This document shows positions 47,858-57,072 of a DNA stretch of 64,000 bases, piece by piece (within the stretch, counting starts at the first letter, position 1; each line of letters starts with the position of its first letter). The DNA is taken from the NCBI GenBank assembly GCA_043756865.1, contig JAYUQG010000019.1, positions 101,467-165,466 on the forward strand, read 5' to 3'. Origin of the DNA: a bacterium. Lineage in GTDB: Bacteria > Patescibacteriota > Minisyncoccia > Phycocordibacterales > UBA6899. The notes beneath the pieces are model-generated. The model did no database searches. It saw only the letters and a program-made list of their open reading frames with translations, and had not been told where the DNA came from. Position numbers and translations under genes: made by a program.

Positions 47858-48307
47858 ATGACAAAGTGGATTCTCATTATTGTGGTACTTATCTCGGGCG
47901 GCATCATGGGATACCTGTATGTTGATTTACAGCGCATGGAACAAAACATCACAACGTTGCCCGCTCCTGATGCACCGAATACCATTCGTATCGTCCACGC
48001 ATTCAAAGATGGAGTACATCGCTTTTCAGGGCAAATAAAACTTCCACACTCCTGCTATGCAGTACAAACGAACGCACTAAGAGACCCCGTAAACGCACCA
48101 CTTGAGCTGACTATTGCAGTTACCACCAAGAACAATTTGCTTGAGCAGGCAATATGTTCACAAATCACCACCCGATATCCGATCGAGGTTATTGCCGAAG
48201 CGCCAGAAAATGTGGTCAGCACTCTTCGTATTGACGATGTAGAACACCCCGTACGATTTGTGGAATCGACTTGGCAAAGCAGCGGTGGTGCCACAATGTC
48301 ACAATGA
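47858..48307 (+). CDS. Hypothetical membrane-anchored protein
   Basis: N-terminal TM; LPHSC and CSQIT Cys pair. Confidence 0.7.
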   Translation: MTKWILIIVVLISGGIMGYLYVDLQRMEQNITTLPAPDAPNTIRIVHAFKDGVHRFSGQIKLPHSCYAVQTNALRDPVNAPLELTIAVTTKNNLLEQAICSQITTRYPIEVIAEAPENVVSTLRIDDVEHPVRFVESTWQSSGGATMSQ

Positions 48308-49155
48308 AGTCCGTCTATATTATTAAAATGTCCGGAGAGAAGGAGCTCTGGGACCCACGTAAACTTGAGCGTTCGTTACGCGCCGCAAAAGCAAACACCA
48401 AGCTCACGGGTGAGATACTGTCTCACATAGAAAAAGATCTCCGCGACGGCATGCGCACAGAAGATATCTACACACATGCATTTGTGTTACTCAAAGAATA
48501 CGACCGGCCAGCGGCAGCACAATACAGCCTGCGTAAAGCAATTATGCAGCTCGGACCGTCGGGCTTTCCGTTTGAGCGATTTGTCGCACAAATTTTAGCC
48601 GCGCAGGGGTTTCAAACAAAAGTGGGGACGCTGGTGCGAGGAGCTTGTGTAGAACACGAGGTTGATGTCGTGGCAGAAAAGGAAGATGAGCGTATTCTTG
48701 TCGAAGCAAAGTTTCATAATTCGCCTGAAACCAAGTCTGACGTGAAGGTGGCACTCTATGTGCATGCGCGTTTTCAGGATATTCAGAAGCGCATTGAAAG
48801 CCAAGGAGACAATAGGCACTTCAACCGTGCATGGCTCATCACTAATACGAATTTCACTTCACAGGCTATTCAATACGGAAGCTGTGCGGGACTCTCGCTC
48901 ACGGGATGGAACTATCCCAAAGGCCGCACACTGCAAGACTTAATTCAATCTACCCAAACACACCCAGTCACCTGTCTCACCACCCTTTCCGACCCTCAAA
49001 AGAACCGCCTACTTGAAAGTGGGGTGATTCTTTGTACCGATGTCATGAAGAATACCGAGACACTTCGGCGCATCGGGGTGAGCAACTCAAACATCAACGC
49101 TGTCGTCAAGGAGGGCGCACTACTTTGCCCGCTACCCGAGGTCGTGCCCGATTAG
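48304..49155 (+). CDS. ATP-cone + Mrr-like PD-(D/E)xK nuclease domain protein
   Basis: IIKMSGEKELWDPRKL (ATP cone); GFPFE, HEVDVVA, VEAKFH, LITNTNFT. Confidence 0.85.
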   Translation: MKSVYIIKMSGEKELWDPRKLERSLRAAKANTKLTGEILSHIEKDLRDGMRTEDIYTHAFVLLKEYDRPAAAQYSLRKAIMQLGPSGFPFERFVAQILAAQGFQTKVGTLVRGACVEHEVDVVAEKEDERILVEAKFHNSPETKSDVKVALYVHARFQDIQKRIESQGDNRHFNRAWLITNTNFTSQAIQYGSCAGLSLTGWNYPKGRTLQDLIQSTQTHPVTCLTTLSDPQKNRLLESGVILCTDVMKNTETLRRIGVSNSNINAVVKEGALLCPLPEVVPD

Positions 49156-49193
49156 GTTTGCTGATAACGCTTCAACAAGTATAATTCCTACAT

Positions 49194-49709
49194 ATGGAAC
49201 TCTTTGCAGTATCAGAGTGGGAGATTATTACACGTCTGACCGTTGCAGTCATTCTCGGTCTCTTGGTTGGAGCAGAACGCTCGCGTGTGGGAAAGCGTGC
49301 CGGTATGCGTACTTATGCACTTGTTTCACTTGGTGCCGCGCTTTTTATTGCAGTCGCGGGTATGGTGTCGTTTAAATATGCAGATACGTTTGTGTTTGAC
49401 CCGCTTCGCGTTGCTTCGCAGGTGGTGGTGGGAATTGGATTTTTGGGTGCAGGCGTTATTTTTGTGCAACGACAAGTTTTAACCGGTCTTACTACCGCTG
49501 CGGGACTTTGGGTTGTCGCTGGCATTGGCGCGGCGTGTGGCTACGGACTCTATGTCATTGCGGCATACGTTACATTTCTCACATTGGTTATTTTTGAAGT
49601 CCTTTGGTACGTCGAAGAGCGGTTTGTGCGTACAGCGCGTACGGAACTCGAAGAAGGATTTATCCAAAGCGCACGCCACCACCGCCAGCATTTTGAAGAC
49701 GAAGGATAA
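49194..49709 (+). CDS. MgtC/SapB family membrane protein
   Basis: GAER, AGMRTY, RVASQVVVGIGFLGAG, GLTTAAGLW. Confidence 0.93.
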   Translation: MELFAVSEWEIITRLTVAVILGLLVGAERSRVGKRAGMRTYALVSLGAALFIAVAGMVSFKYADTFVFDPLRVASQVVVGIGFLGAGVIFVQRQVLTGLTTAAGLWVVAGIGAACGYGLYVIAAYVTFLTLVIFEVLWYVEERFVRTARTELEEGFIQSARHHRQHFEDEG

Positions 49710-49756
49710 ATTCGGTAGCTATTTATTTGCCCCCAATCAGTTGTAATTCATATAAC

Positions 49757-50632
49757 ATGCAGCCAACAAAACAAAAAATTAGAAAAGCCATCATCGCCGT
49801 CGCAGGAAGTGGAACGCGTTTTCTTCCCGCAACAAAAGCACAACCAAAGGAAATGCTTCCTATTGTAGACAAACCTATTGTGCAATATGTCGTAGAGGAA
49901 CTTGTAGAATCCGGCATCGAAGATATTATCCTCGTCACCAAGTGGGACAAGAAAACGCTTGAAGACCATTTCGACCGCTCGTTTGAGCTTGAACACTCGC
50001 TAGAGCAAGCAGGGAAGCTCAAGGTGCTCGGTGAGATACGGAAAATTTCATCCATGGCGAACTTCATTTATGTACGCCAAAAGGGCCCGTATGGAAACGG
50101 CACACCAATCCTCTCGGCCGCAAGTCTCTTGCACGGAGAACCGTTTGTGTTTGCGTGGGGCGACGACCTTGTCCTTTCTAAGACGCCGTTCACAAAAAAA
50201 CTTATTGAGAACTATTATACGCACGGCGCACCCGTCATTGGTGTGCAAAAGGTTCCCAAAAGTCATGTTGACCGATATGGGATTGTGAAACTCAAGGCGG
50301 GCACGCGCGAAATGGAACACGTTGTCGAGAAGCCACACATAGATAAAGCACCATCACAACTCGCGCAATTTGGAAGAATGGTACTTACACCAGAAATCGT
50401 AGCAATTCTGGGCGAAACAAGGCTTGGAAAAGGCGGCGAACTTTGGGTGACGGATGCTATCAGCGAGTATGTCAAACGGGGCGGAAAATTCATGGTTGAG
50501 GAAGTCGAAGACGGTAAGTGGCTCACCACTGGTGACCCACTCAACTACCTGAAGGCGATGATTGACTACGCACTCGAACGCGAAGATATCGGTGACGACT
50601 TCCGCAAGCACCTGAAAGGGCTTGCACTCTAG
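49757..50632 (+). CDS. galU: UTP--glucose-1-phosphate uridylyltransferase
   Basis: AGSGTRFLPATKAQPKEMLP, VEKP, GELWVTDAI. Confidence 0.92.
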   Translation: MQPTKQKIRKAIIAVAGSGTRFLPATKAQPKEMLPIVDKPIVQYVVEELVESGIEDIILVTKWDKKTLEDHFDRSFELEHSLEQAGKLKVLGEIRKISSMANFIYVRQKGPYGNGTPILSAASLLHGEPFVFAWGDDLVLSKTPFTKKLIENYYTHGAPVIGVQKVPKSHVDRYGIVKLKAGTREMEHVVEKPHIDKAPSQLAQFGRMVLTPEIVAILGETRLGKGGELWVTDAISEYVKRGGKFMVEEVEDGKWLTTGDPLNYLKAMIDYALEREDIGDDFRKHLKGLAL

Positions 50633-50644
50633 CTCGCGTCCCAA

Positions 50645-50822
50645 GGGCTCTTCCATTAATAACTTACCTGTCTCGCTTCCATATTTACCCCATCTTCAAC
50701 TTTTCTTCAATCTCAAAATCTTCATCGTAACTCGGCTACGTTTCAGCTTTTGCTCAATCAGCAAAGTCGAATCTGTAGCAAATCTGAAACCGAGTCCAAG
50801 CAAGTTATTAATGGAAGTGCCC
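50645..50822. mobile_element. 178-bp MITE with 21-bp TIR (one mismatch)
   Basis: gggctcttccattaataactt / aagttattaatggaagtgccc; flanks CAA and TAA. Confidence 0.8.
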
Positions 50823-50866
50823 TAAGAATTACTGATATACTGGAGAGACGAAACTGCATACTGCTT

Positions 50867-51268
50867 ATGGAACAATACGCAAACAAAAAATATTATGGGC
50901 CGCTGGGTGCAATGCTTGTACTCCTCGTGGTTTTTGTGCTCTCGGGGATACTTTTCTTTACGCCAAGCAAAACCCCACCAAGTCCGGTGGTCACCCCCAC
51001 TGCAACAACTACCGCACCCACAGACGACATCGCAACGGCAACACCCGTCGTCGTGGAAAGCGATGACCTGAATATTAAAAAGGCACCAAAGTGCGTTATT
51101 TCCGGCTGTAGTGCGCAAATTTGCGGGGAAACAGAGATGATGTCCTCGTGTGAGTATCGCGAAATCTATCAATGCTACAAAACCGCACGCTGTGAACGCA
51201 ATACGAACGGACAGTGTGGCTGGGTAGAAGACAGTACGCTGCGCGGGTGTCTCGATTCTTATCAATAG
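50867..51268 (+). CDS. Membrane-anchored eight-cysteine-cluster protein
   Basis: CVISGCSAQICG...CEYREIYQCY...CGW; homologous to the C-terminus of 21097-21885. Confidence 0.78.
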   Translation: MEQYANKKYYGPLGAMLVLLVVFVLSGILFFTPSKTPPSPVVTPTATTTAPTDDIATATPVVVESDDLNIKKAPKCVISGCSAQICGETEMMSSCEYREIYQCYKTARCERNTNGQCGWVEDSTLRGCLDSYQ

Positions 51269-51277
51269 TTATCGCTC

Positions 51278-52723
51278 ATGGGTGCTCTACTAAAAAAATT
51301 CGGCAAGTTGTTGTTGGTTGTCATAGTATTCACGGGGTCATATCAATGGTGGAAACCCACTCCGGACTTTCTTTTAGTTGCCGATCGCACATACCTCGTC
51401 CCGGAGCGTGGCGTCACATTCTATGCAGACACAACATTCGTCGACGGAGAGGGCAAGCGGCAAATGCAGCAACAGATTTGGGACCGAGTATTCACGCTTA
51501 TCGATAACGCAGAACACTATATTCTTGCCGATGTTTTCTTGTTTAATAACTTCCAAGGAAAGACCCCAGAAACACACCGCGCCCTTTCTGGTGAGTTGGC
51601 GCAGAAACTTATAGAAAGTCGCGCAGCAAATCCCCATATTGCAATCACACTTGTGACGGACCCAATCAACACCGTGTATGAGGGAGTGGTGACTCCGAGC
51701 ATGGATGCGCTCCGCAAAGCAGGAATTGCAATCGTCGAAACAAATCTTATTCCACTTCGCGACTCAAACTTGTTGTGGAGTTCCATCTGGCGACCGTTTT
51801 TTTCTTGGTTTGGAAATTCCACTGAGGGTGGATGGCTTCCTCACCCATTTCAGGCTGACGGACCTAAAGTCTCATTGCGTTCATGGGCTGCATTACTCAA
51901 CTTTAAAGCGAATCACCGCAAGATTATTGTCGCTGACCAGCCAGATGGGAAAATGGTGACCTTTGTGACATCTGCAAATCCTCACGATGGGTCTAGCGCG
52001 CACGGCAATGTTGCACTGGAGGTTGACGACTCCATATGGAAAAGCGTAACTGAAAGCGAAAACTTGGTTGCACGTCTTCGTGACGGAGGTGTCGTGAATT
52101 ATGATGCAGGTAAAATCAAAGACGAAACAGGACTCATTACTGTGCAGCTTCTTCGCGAACAAGCTATTAAAACCAAAGTGCTCGAAACACTCAAGGGGGC
52201 GAGGCGAGGCGACTCTTTCCAACTTGCGATGTTCTACTTGAGTGACCGTACGATTATAAACAGTCTTATTGATGCGGCGAATTCCGGAGCGGATATTCGC
52301 GTCATACTTGACCCCAACAGAGATGCGTTCGGATTTGAAAAGAATGGAATACCAAATCGACCAGTTGCAAAAGAACTCGTAAGACGCTCGGGGGGAGATA
52401 TTAAAATTCGCTGGTGCGACACACACGGAGAGCAGTGCCACGCAAAACTATTTATGGGAACCACGGCAACCTCAAGTTTTATGATTGTTGGGTCTGCGAA
52501 CTTTACGCGAAGAAATCTCGATAACCACAATCTCGAAGCATCTATTATCGCTTCCGCCCCAGAGCAATTTTCGGCGCGCACTGATGCCCTCGCATATTTT
52601 AACAACATATGGGAAAACAAGGGCGGCACGTTCACGGTGGAGTATGGAAATTACGAGGACACCACATGGTGGAAATCTCCCATATACCGAATGCAGGAAC
52701 GTTCGGGTATATCATCCTTCTAA
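51278..52723 (+). CDS. Phospholipase D family protein
   Basis: HRKIIVAD...SAN and HAK...GSANFT motifs. Confidence 0.88.
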   Translation: MGALLKKFGKLLLVVIVFTGSYQWWKPTPDFLLVADRTYLVPERGVTFYADTTFVDGEGKRQMQQQIWDRVFTLIDNAEHYILADVFLFNNFQGKTPETHRALSGELAQKLIESRAANPHIAITLVTDPINTVYEGVVTPSMDALRKAGIAIVETNLIPLRDSNLLWSSIWRPFFSWFGNSTEGGWLPHPFQADGPKVSLRSWAALLNFKANHRKIIVADQPDGKMVTFVTSANPHDGSSAHGNVALEVDDSIWKSVTESENLVARLRDGGVVNYDAGKIKDETGLITVQLLREQAIKTKVLETLKGARRGDSFQLAMFYLSDRTIINSLIDAANSGADIRVILDPNRDAFGFEKNGIPNRPVAKELVRRSGGDIKIRWCDTHGEQCHAKLFMGTTATSSFMIVGSANFTRRNLDNHNLEASIIASAPEQFSARTDALAYFNNIWENKGGTFTVEYGNYEDTTWWKSPIYRMQERSGISSF

Positions 52724-52800
52724 TATCTACCCATAGAGGTGCAGCTAGAATAACAGTGAAATTTTGAGGCTTCACATGAAGTGCTATATACTCTCTGTAT

Positions 52801-53505
52801 ATGAGATTACTTATCAAATTGTCGGGAGAAAGCTTAAGTGCCACAACTCGTGAGGGCGACCGACGGTATGACGAAGCGACCCTCGGGAGTATCGTCGCAC
52901 AAATAAAATCACTACAGGAGGCAAAGCATCAAGTCGCGCTTGTCGTCGGAGGAGGAAATCTTTTTCGTGGACACGAACTCACGGGGAAACTTTCTATCGA
53001 ACGCCCGACCGCCGACTACATCGGAATGCTCGCCACAGTGCAGAACGCGCTCGTGTTACGAGACTATTTTATTTCAAAAGGAGTAGAAACTCGTGTCTCA
53101 TCTGCAATAACTATGCCCCAAATCTGTGAAGGATACATGCCGCGGCGCGCACTCCGACACCTCGAGAAGGGTCGGGTGGTTATTTTTGCCGCAGGACTGG
53201 GTGTGCCGTACTTCACTACTGACTCCACCTCTGTACAACGCGCGCTTGAAATGAAAGCGGACTTACTCGTCATGGCAAAAAATGGAGTAAATGGACTATA
53301 TACGGGTGACCCTGACACCGACCCAAAAGCAGAGTTCATAAAAAGAATTACTGCGGCAGAAGTGCTGGAGAAGAACCTCAAGGCTGCAGACCAGTCCGCA
53401 ATCGCTCTTGCGAAAGAACACAATCTCACCATTAAAATTGTCGGTGTGCCGGACATCGCACATGCCCTTGATGCTTCTATCGGCTCAATTATTTCACCAA
53501 ACTAA
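52801..53505 (+). CDS. pyrH: Uridylate kinase
   Basis: IKLSGE, GGGNLFRG, DYIGMLAT, PYFTTD. Confidence 0.94.
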   Translation: MRLLIKLSGESLSATTREGDRRYDEATLGSIVAQIKSLQEAKHQVALVVGGGNLFRGHELTGKLSIERPTADYIGMLATVQNALVLRDYFISKGVETRVSSAITMPQICEGYMPRRALRHLEKGRVVIFAAGLGVPYFTTDSTSVQRALEMKADLLVMAKNGVNGLYTGDPDTDPKAEFIKRITAAEVLEKNLKAADQSAIALAKEHNLTIKIVGVPDIAHALDASIGSIISPN

Positions 53506-53510
53506 ATACT

Positions 53511-53945
53511 ATGCCAAAAGCACAAGAATCAAAACCGACGTCTGATTATACGCCAGAGTATATGCCCACCAAAGAAACGCAGCGCGCAATATATCTCGCT
53601 GGCCTGCATGATATGGAAACGTACCTAGGGGGGCTTGAAAAGAAAATAATGGGCGACATTGAAGGTGCGCTCCCAACAATTGGTGCGGTTGAGCTTGCGC
53701 CACTTATCAAGCGTGCGCGAACAATTATTCATGAACTCTCAAGCGACGAACATATCGTAGGAGAGCTTGAATTAGCACTCAGCACAGAACTCAATGATGT
53801 CACGCAAGATATAGCTTTCAAAACAACACAGTGGGCTAGGCAACAAAACGAGAGGGTTGTCGGTGCGATTTTTGGCAATGAACCAGTGACGACTGAATCT
53901 TCGGTCGTTATTCCGCCGGATTGGGATAAAGAAGCGAAACAATAA
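53511..53945 (+). CDS. Hypothetical protein
   Basis: 144-aa ORF tightly packed between pyrH and tsaC. Confidence 0.7.
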   Translation: MPKAQESKPTSDYTPEYMPTKETQRAIYLAGLHDMETYLGGLEKKIMGDIEGALPTIGAVELAPLIKRARTIIHELSSDEHIVGELELALSTELNDVTQDIAFKTTQWARQQNERVVGAIFGNEPVTTESSVVIPPDWDKEAKQ

Positions 53946-53949
53946 CAAT

Positions 53950-54489
53950 ATGGACGAAGCAGCAGAGCACATTATGCAAGGTGGAGTGGGAGTTCTCCCT
54001 ACTGATACACTTTACGGACTCGTAGGTTCAGCGCTCGACCCCGACGCGGTTGACCGTATATTTCACCTGAAAGAGCGTGACCCGAAAAAACCGCTTATTG
54101 TGTTGATTTCTCAATTTGATCAACTCGAACAATTCGGTGTCGTGATTTCGGAAAGTATGCGTACGCAACTCGAACAATATTGGCCCGGACCATATTCAAT
54201 TATTCTTCCTATCGTTGACGAGCAATTTGAATACATCGACAGGGGAGAAATGGCGATTGCATTTCGTATGCCGGATAACTCCGAATTATGTAACCTTATC
54301 GACACCACCGGTCCGATTGTTGCACCTTCTGCAAATCCCGAAGGAAGACCACCTGCAAGAAATGTTGCTGAAGCGAAAGCGTATTTTGGCACTGACGTCG
54401 ACTTCTACGTCGAAGGTGATGACCTCGACGGCCCACCGTCAACCCTGATTGCACTCGATGGAGATTCGGTGAACACCTTACGCGGTTAA
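53950..54489 (+). CDS. tsaC: Threonylcarbamoyl-AMP synthase (YrdC/Sua5)
   Basis: PTDTLYGL, KERDPKKPL, WPGP, APSAN, PST. Confidence 0.93.
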   Translation: MDEAAEHIMQGGVGVLPTDTLYGLVGSALDPDAVDRIFHLKERDPKKPLIVLISQFDQLEQFGVVISESMRTQLEQYWPGPYSIILPIVDEQFEYIDRGEMAIAFRMPDNSELCNLIDTTGPIVAPSANPEGRPPARNVAEAKAYFGTDVDFYVEGDDLDGPPSTLIALDGDSVNTLRG

Positions 54490-54597
54490 CAATCCACTAT
54501 TCTACTTTTTGAAGTTTCGTGAGCCTCGCTATTCTAAAAGGCGAGCAAATATTGTCATAATTTTGTGAAATTTGAGGAAATCGCTATAATCTCCTTT

Positions 54598-56418
54598 ATG
54601 TTAACTTCATCCGAAATTCGTTCGCGATTTCTCGCTTTTTTCAAAAAACGCGGACATGCAATCATTCCGAGTGCATCACTGGTTCCACTCAATGATCCGT
54701 CGGTGCTTTTTAACACTGCAGGTATGCAGCCTTTGGTTCCATATCTGCTGGGCGAACCACACCCAGCAGGAGTTCGTCTTGCTGACTCACAAAAGTGTGT
54801 CCGCACCCAGGACATCGAGGAAGTGGGGGACAACACTCACGACACATTCTTTGAAATGCTTGGAAACTGGTCGCTTGGTGACTACTTCAAGAAGGAGGCA
54901 ATAGAGTGGAGTTATGAATTCCTCACATCAAAAGACGAAGGGCTCGGGCTCGACCCAAACAGACTTTACATAACTGTATTTGGTGGCAATCAGGACGCGC
55001 CAAAAGACGATGAGGCATATGCGACCTGGAAAGCTATTTTTGACACGGCTGGCATAAATGGTGAGCACATCTATTGGATGGATGGCGACCTCGCAAAAAA
55101 GAACTGGTGGAGTGCGGGCGAAAATGGACCTTGCGGTCCAGACACTGAAATGTTTTACGACGTCACCGGTAAGCTCAATGAGGGCATGACACGCGATGAA
55201 TATTTGGCAGCAGACGACAAGCAGCAGGTTGTCGAGATTTGGAACGATGTTTTTATGGAGTACCTCAAAGAGGGTGGGGTGGTCACAGGCAAACTGAAAA
55301 AACAGAATGTAGATACTGGTTCGGGCCTCGAGCGCATCGTCATGGTGGTCCAAGGAAAAGACAATATTTTTGCAACTGACATGTTCTCTGGAATGATGAA
55401 AATCATTGCCGACAACACAACCACATATGAAGAGCGCGCAGCGCGTATTGTTGCTGACCACGTTCGCACATCGATATTCATAATTGCCGACGGGGTCACA
55501 CCATCAAATACCGATCAAGGGTACATTTTGCGAAGACTCTTACGTCGTGCAGTGCGCTACTCAGACGTCCTTGGACTCAAGGGGGGATTTGATGTGCTCA
55601 TCGATGAGGTGTCGAAAACATATGAGGGGGTATATGAAAATGTTTCCGCCAATCTCACGCAGATAAAAAAGGAGGTTAAGGACGAGGAGGAACGATTCCG
55701 AAAAACCATTAGCGCTGGAATGAAAGAATTTGAACGTTTTTCAAAGAACGGCTCTATTTCAGGCATGGATGCATTTCTTCTACTAACCACGTACGGTTTT
55801 CCGTTTGAACTCACCAAGGAACTTGCACAGGAAAGGGGAATTTCTGTTCACGAAGAGCTTGTATTTCATCAAAAAATCAAAGAGCACCAAGACCTCTCCC
55901 GTGCGGGAGCGGCGCAGAAGTTTGCGGGAGGCCTCGCCGACCATTCAGTAGAAACAGTGCGCCTGCACACCGCGCACCATTTGCTGCTACGTGCGCTTCA
56001 GATTGTACTTGGTCCCGAAGTGCACCAGCGTGGTTCCAACATCACGGCTGAGCGACTGCGCATTGACTTCGCATATCCACAAAAAATGACCGATGAACAG
56101 AAAAGTGAAGTAGCGCGTATCGTAAACGAGAGAATCACAGAAGATCTGCCCGTCCTGCGCACTGAAATGAGTCTTGAAGATGCGGAGAAACTCGGAGCGG
56201 AACACGAATTCGGCGCAAAATACCCCGAGCGTGTTTCTGTATATTCTGTCGGACCGAAAGATGCATCACAGGAGAACCCGCAATACGACAAGCGTTTTTC
56301 GATTGAATTCTGTGGTGGCCCTCATGTCACCCACACCGGTGAACTTTCTAAATTCCACATCCTAAAAGAAGAGGCTGTTGCACAAGGTGTGCGCCGCATA
56401 AAAGCAGTGCTCGAATAG
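54598..56418 (+). CDS. alaS: Alanine--tRNA ligase, short form lacking C-Ala
   Basis: FNTAGMQP, TFFEMLGNWS, VDTGSGLER, HTAHH, EFCGGPHV; ends at GVRRIKAVLE. Confidence 0.95.
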   Translation: MLTSSEIRSRFLAFFKKRGHAIIPSASLVPLNDPSVLFNTAGMQPLVPYLLGEPHPAGVRLADSQKCVRTQDIEEVGDNTHDTFFEMLGNWSLGDYFKKEAIEWSYEFLTSKDEGLGLDPNRLYITVFGGNQDAPKDDEAYATWKAIFDTAGINGEHIYWMDGDLAKKNWWSAGENGPCGPDTEMFYDVTGKLNEGMTRDEYLAADDKQQVVEIWNDVFMEYLKEGGVVTGKLKKQNVDTGSGLERIVMVVQGKDNIFATDMFSGMMKIIADNTTTYEERAARIVADHVRTSIFIIADGVTPSNTDQGYILRRLLRRAVRYSDVLGLKGGFDVLIDEVSKTYEGVYENVSANLTQIKKEVKDEEERFRKTISAGMKEFERFSKNGSISGMDAFLLLTTYGFPFELTKELAQERGISVHEELVFHQKIKEHQDLSRAGAAQKFAGGLADHSVETVRLHTAHHLLLRALQIVLGPEVHQRGSNITAERLRIDFAYPQKMTDEQKSEVARIVNERITEDLPVLRTEMSLEDAEKLGAEHEFGAKYPERVSVYSVGPKDASQENPQYDKRFSIEFCGGPHVTHTGELSKFHILKEEAVAQGVRRIKAVLE

Positions 56419-56500
56419 AGCATCCTGACTCCAAAGTGCTAAAAGAAGTGCCACTTTCTGAGGTGACGCATTTCGTACGTTATGTGTCTCCACGCAAGCT

Positions 56501-56539
56501 GCGCGAGGAGTGCAAAGAATCAAGGCGGTACTCGAATAA
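56501..56539 (+). pseudogene. Orphan recoded copy of the alaS 3' end (ARGVQRIKAVLE*)
   Basis: Versus 56380-56418 (AQGVRRIKAVLE*): 11 of 13 codons have the same meaning but only 3 are identical. Confidence 0.75.
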
Positions 56540-56615
56540 TCAAACGAATGTTTTGACATATTCGTGGTTACTCTGTATAACACAGGTGGATTCACACTCA
56601 TAGCAAAGGGTTTAT

Positions 56616-57014
56616 ATGGGCAAACTGAAGAATCTCGCAGGTGCAGTAGAAACAATCATGGGCGATATCACCGACGCACTCAGAACTCTGCAGAATAAAG
56701 AATTGCCAAATTGCAGTGTCATTTACGTCGGAGAGGACTGCGAGATCGAGGAAGCGCAAGTGCTCGCTTCATCAGGCACGAAGAGCAAACCGCGTCCGCG
56801 CTTACTCTTGCGAGGCGACCGAATCGTTTTTGCCTCAGGCAATGACTTGGCCGTCACCATTGAGTGCAGACACAAACTGACTTCTGGGGATACGCAGAGA
56901 GATGTGCTGCTCATTAGTGCTAAGGAATGGCTTGACCTTGTGCGTATGGCAACGCACGACTGGAAAAATCAAAAAGCGCTTGCCACACTGCACAAGCGCC
57001 AAGGTCACGCGTAA
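56616..57014 (+). CDS. Hypothetical protein
   Basis: 132-aa ORF with upstream TTGACA/TATAAC and a downstream terminator. Confidence 0.6.
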   Translation: MGKLKNLAGAVETIMGDITDALRTLQNKELPNCSVIYVGEDCEIEEAQVLASSGTKSKPRPRLLLRGDRIVFASGNDLAVTIECRHKLTSGDTQRDVLLISAKEWLDLVRMATHDWKNQKALATLHKRQGHA

Positions 57015-57020
57015 ATCGAC

Positions 57021-57043
57021 AACCCACAGTTTTGTGGGTTTTT
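57021..57043 (+). terminator. Intrinsic terminator
   Basis: aacccaca-gttt-tgtgggttttt. Confidence 0.7.
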
Positions 57044-57072
57044 GTTTGGCCTACAAATGGTATAATTTATCA

